A DNA stretch of 64,000 nt, taken from the human T2T-CHM13v2.0 reference genome, Homo sapiens. The translations under genes were made by a program, and so were the position numbers. Of the stretch, positions 61,422-64,000 are shown in pieces (positions within the stretch are counted from its first letter, which is position 1; every line of letters starts with the position of its first letter). The DNA lies in assembly GCF_009914755.1 (NCBI RefSeq), contig NC_060946.1; one strand, written 5' to 3'. The notes beneath the pieces were generated by a model that searched no databases, had not been told where the DNA came from, and was given only the letters and a program-made list of their open reading frames with translations.

Positions 61422-63980
61422 GTAAGGAATGAGAAAAGGGAGAATCAGAAATAGCACACAAGTCTTGACTACTGTTACATTCCACTTTGAAATCACTCTG
61501 AGGTGAAACAACAATTTTCCAAGATTTAAAGAAAAATAGATTTTATAAAAGGGATTCTTTTATTCACTCAATACATCATTTATGTTACTGACAGTAACAA
61601 GTGATTTTTTTCACTATAATTTGCTCTGATGAAATAAATAATTCTTTTAATTCCTAACAAATGCTACATTTTCAAGACTAAAGGAATTATCAGTAGGCAT
61701 TCTTTCTTCTTGATCTAAGTTATTTATCTCTAAAATATGTCAAGTAAGCTTTTAAAGATTCAGGGAGGGGCAGCTTCATGATTTTTTTCTCTCAGTAAAT
61801 TTTGAGGTGGCTCCTCTGGCTTCATCGTTTCACTGTGATCTTTTTCTTCCTCTTCTTTGTTATCTTCTTCCATTTCTTCATCCTCCTCACTGTCTAGAGG
61901 CTGAGGAATAAGCTGATTACCCACAAATATGTAAGTGGTAATTCTCTGTTTAGCTCTCTTTCTTTTCCTTTTGGGTGGAGGTCTTTGAAGAATCCCCTTG
62001 GCCGGCATCTCATCATTTATGAAATTTCTAATTGTGTGTCGAATGTAAATAAGAGCCAAGTCCTGTAGATTCCTGACAGTGATTCCTTACAGATTTGTAG
62101 TGGTGAGGGTTAGATTTAATTTTATATAAGGTTTAAATAATTGTTAAGCATATGTAACCTGATCTGAATTTGCACTTCCTCTATGAAAACTTCATTTATC
62201 TAATAAGGAAATCAAATGCTTTGTAGACCCGTTTACCTTACTTTTGTTGCAATCACTGTTGCTGGGTTGCTGTATATATATTCCGGGCAATATATGAGTG
62301 TAATAACAATACAAAATACTGAATAATTTAGCTTTTAAAAATCCCACAAATTTTATGAAATTTTACAGCCCTGCTACTTTTGCTTTTCAATCTCTTGCCA
62401 AAAGACACGAGTAAAATATCTGCTTCTCTCAGAGAGATTTTAAGAGCACAGCAAGTGAATTATTAAAATAGGAAGTATGTACTTAATACAACTCTTTATA
62501 TGGACCCTTTACATTTTCAGTATTTTTAAAAATGAGGTTACCTTAACTCTCTAGAATTTTAAAAGTATATTTAGAATTGTTTTTTCTGTAGTTCACTGTA
62601 TAAAGTATTTGTTTTTTTTAAAAAAGCAAAACCATTATTATGTGTGACTCTTGATAGGCCACAGAACGAGTGAATGAGCATGAGTGAGGCCAATTTCTTA
62701 GATGGCTGTAAGTAGCAGGGCCATGGTAGACCTGGTCAGTGGATGCACTTTAGCAGATGGAACTTCTAGTTTATCTGAATATTTATCTTTGACAAGGTAG
62801 GGCTCAGCCTACATTTGCTTTGGATCTTTCTAGTGCAAGAAATATTCACAGAAATTGTATGTAGATAACCTTTGTTTGGAAAATCCTGTTCAGAATCATA
62901 GTGTAATCTTTGGGACTTATGCCATGCTCATTTGACTTCTTCCCATTTTTTTTATGTTTCTTTTGGTAAAACTATAATGGTTTTCATTTTTTACTTAATA
63001 TCACACAATTAAACTCTCATATTTGAGTTTCATTGTAGCTTATCAGTGATAAAAAACAGATAGTAACTGCCATTGTTTGTTTCTTTGTTTTCGTAATAAG
63101 GCCTGAAAACAGCCAATCCTTGTTAAGAAAGTGTGCAATGTAACATATTTGCTAGAATTACATGGATTATATATTTCTTAAAGGGAAAAATTTGAGAGTA
63201 GCATGGATTACCACCAGCATTATTACTACAGTAGTTGCTCAGATTTGGTTAAGGAAGCCCAATCAATGTATAGTGAAAGGATTATTAGGTTTCTGCTAAG
63301 ATTCAGATATTGTTTCAAAAATCTCAGCTCCAATAATTCCACAACATCTAAAAACAAGTGTTTGTGATCATGTGTAAGCATGAAATTGTTCCAAGTAAGT
63401 GAGGATATTTTAGTTATGTGAAAGACAGTATCAATGGAAGGTTATTTGTTTTATACCAGTGGCTGGGATGGTGGAATTGGGGTTATTTCTACAGTTATTC
63501 TTAGATGATTACTAAACTGTTAAGAAATGCCCCATATCATTTGTATCTAGGAAAGAAAAAAATCAGTATCATACTGCTGTCATCTGTCAGAAATGTTCAT
63601 TTTATTTTGAATTAAATGTGGCTTTTGAAGTTACCTTGAATTCCTGGTGACCACATGTTTTTGTCTGGAAAACCTGGGGAAAGTTATCTGTCCCATCTAC
63701 TCTGCTTTTTTTTTTTTTTTTTTTTCTTGGTTGGAGCTGCTGTTTAGATGATGCTTTTACTATGTAGGAGAGAGTTTTTATTAAGGATATATTTAAAGAT
63801 TGGCTTTTCCATATTGTCTTTCATTCTTTGACCTTGGCAAAGTGTACAGTAGATTTTCATGATCATTGCATATTTCTTGTCATTGAAATGTATCTTTTAT
63901 GTTTTTAAATGCATTCATTTTACACTTGTGACATTATCATTGACTTTAAGAGGTAGAAATAAAAAATAAAAATAAAAAAA
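61422..63980 (+). pseudogene. PCMTD1P: PCMTD1 processed pseudogene, 5'-truncated with a 5' inversion (inverted CDS end plus proximal UTR 61422-62080 on minus; distal 3'UTR 62082-63980 on plus)
   Basis: Minus ORF ..IYIRHTIRNFINDEM..PPKRKRKR..VGNQLIPQPLDSEEDE..KPEEPPQNLLREK and ..TYFRDK* (stop at 61720) match the PCMTD1 C-terminus. TSD GAAAATGAA(C/T)GAGATCC at 61405-61421 and 63981-63997; A-rich tail. Confidence 0.9.
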
Positions 63981-64000
63981 GAAAATGAATGAGATCCACA

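Overview
Primate (human or great-ape-like) pericentromeric segmental-duplication mosaic with no intact protein-coding gene. Positions 1-30.8 kb are divergent monomeric alpha satellite with no CENP-B box seen, a strand switch at ~10,861, local tandem duplications and three L1 insertions: a twin-primed inverted L1PA2/3-like copy, a TSD-less internal fragment, and a 3' fragment with a short transduced tail. A 1.9 kb MIR/L1MC-bearing spacer follows. Positions ~32.6-56.1 kb are a decayed minus-strand rDNA unit: truncated ITS2, 5.8S and 18S pseudogenes, ITS1, a 5'ETS lacking its start and the Pol I promoter, then intergenic spacer with a CDC27 retrocopy, GA/GACA microsatellite blocks and many Alus. 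The last 8 kb holds Tigger1 with a nested HERV-K LTR5 solo LTR and an Alu, a homeodomain-less DUX4-like D4Z4 fragment, and a 5'-inverted PCMTD1 retrocopy inserted into that D4Z4 sequence. I found no credible new functional system. The most interesting signals are mechanistic fossils: a recurrent TAATCC>TCATCC change across IGS Alus, an intronically polyadenylated CDC27 mRNA captured as a retrocopy, two twin-priming inversions, fold-back palindromes and duplicon junctions. All family and reference comparisons are from memory of consensus sequences, not from searches.
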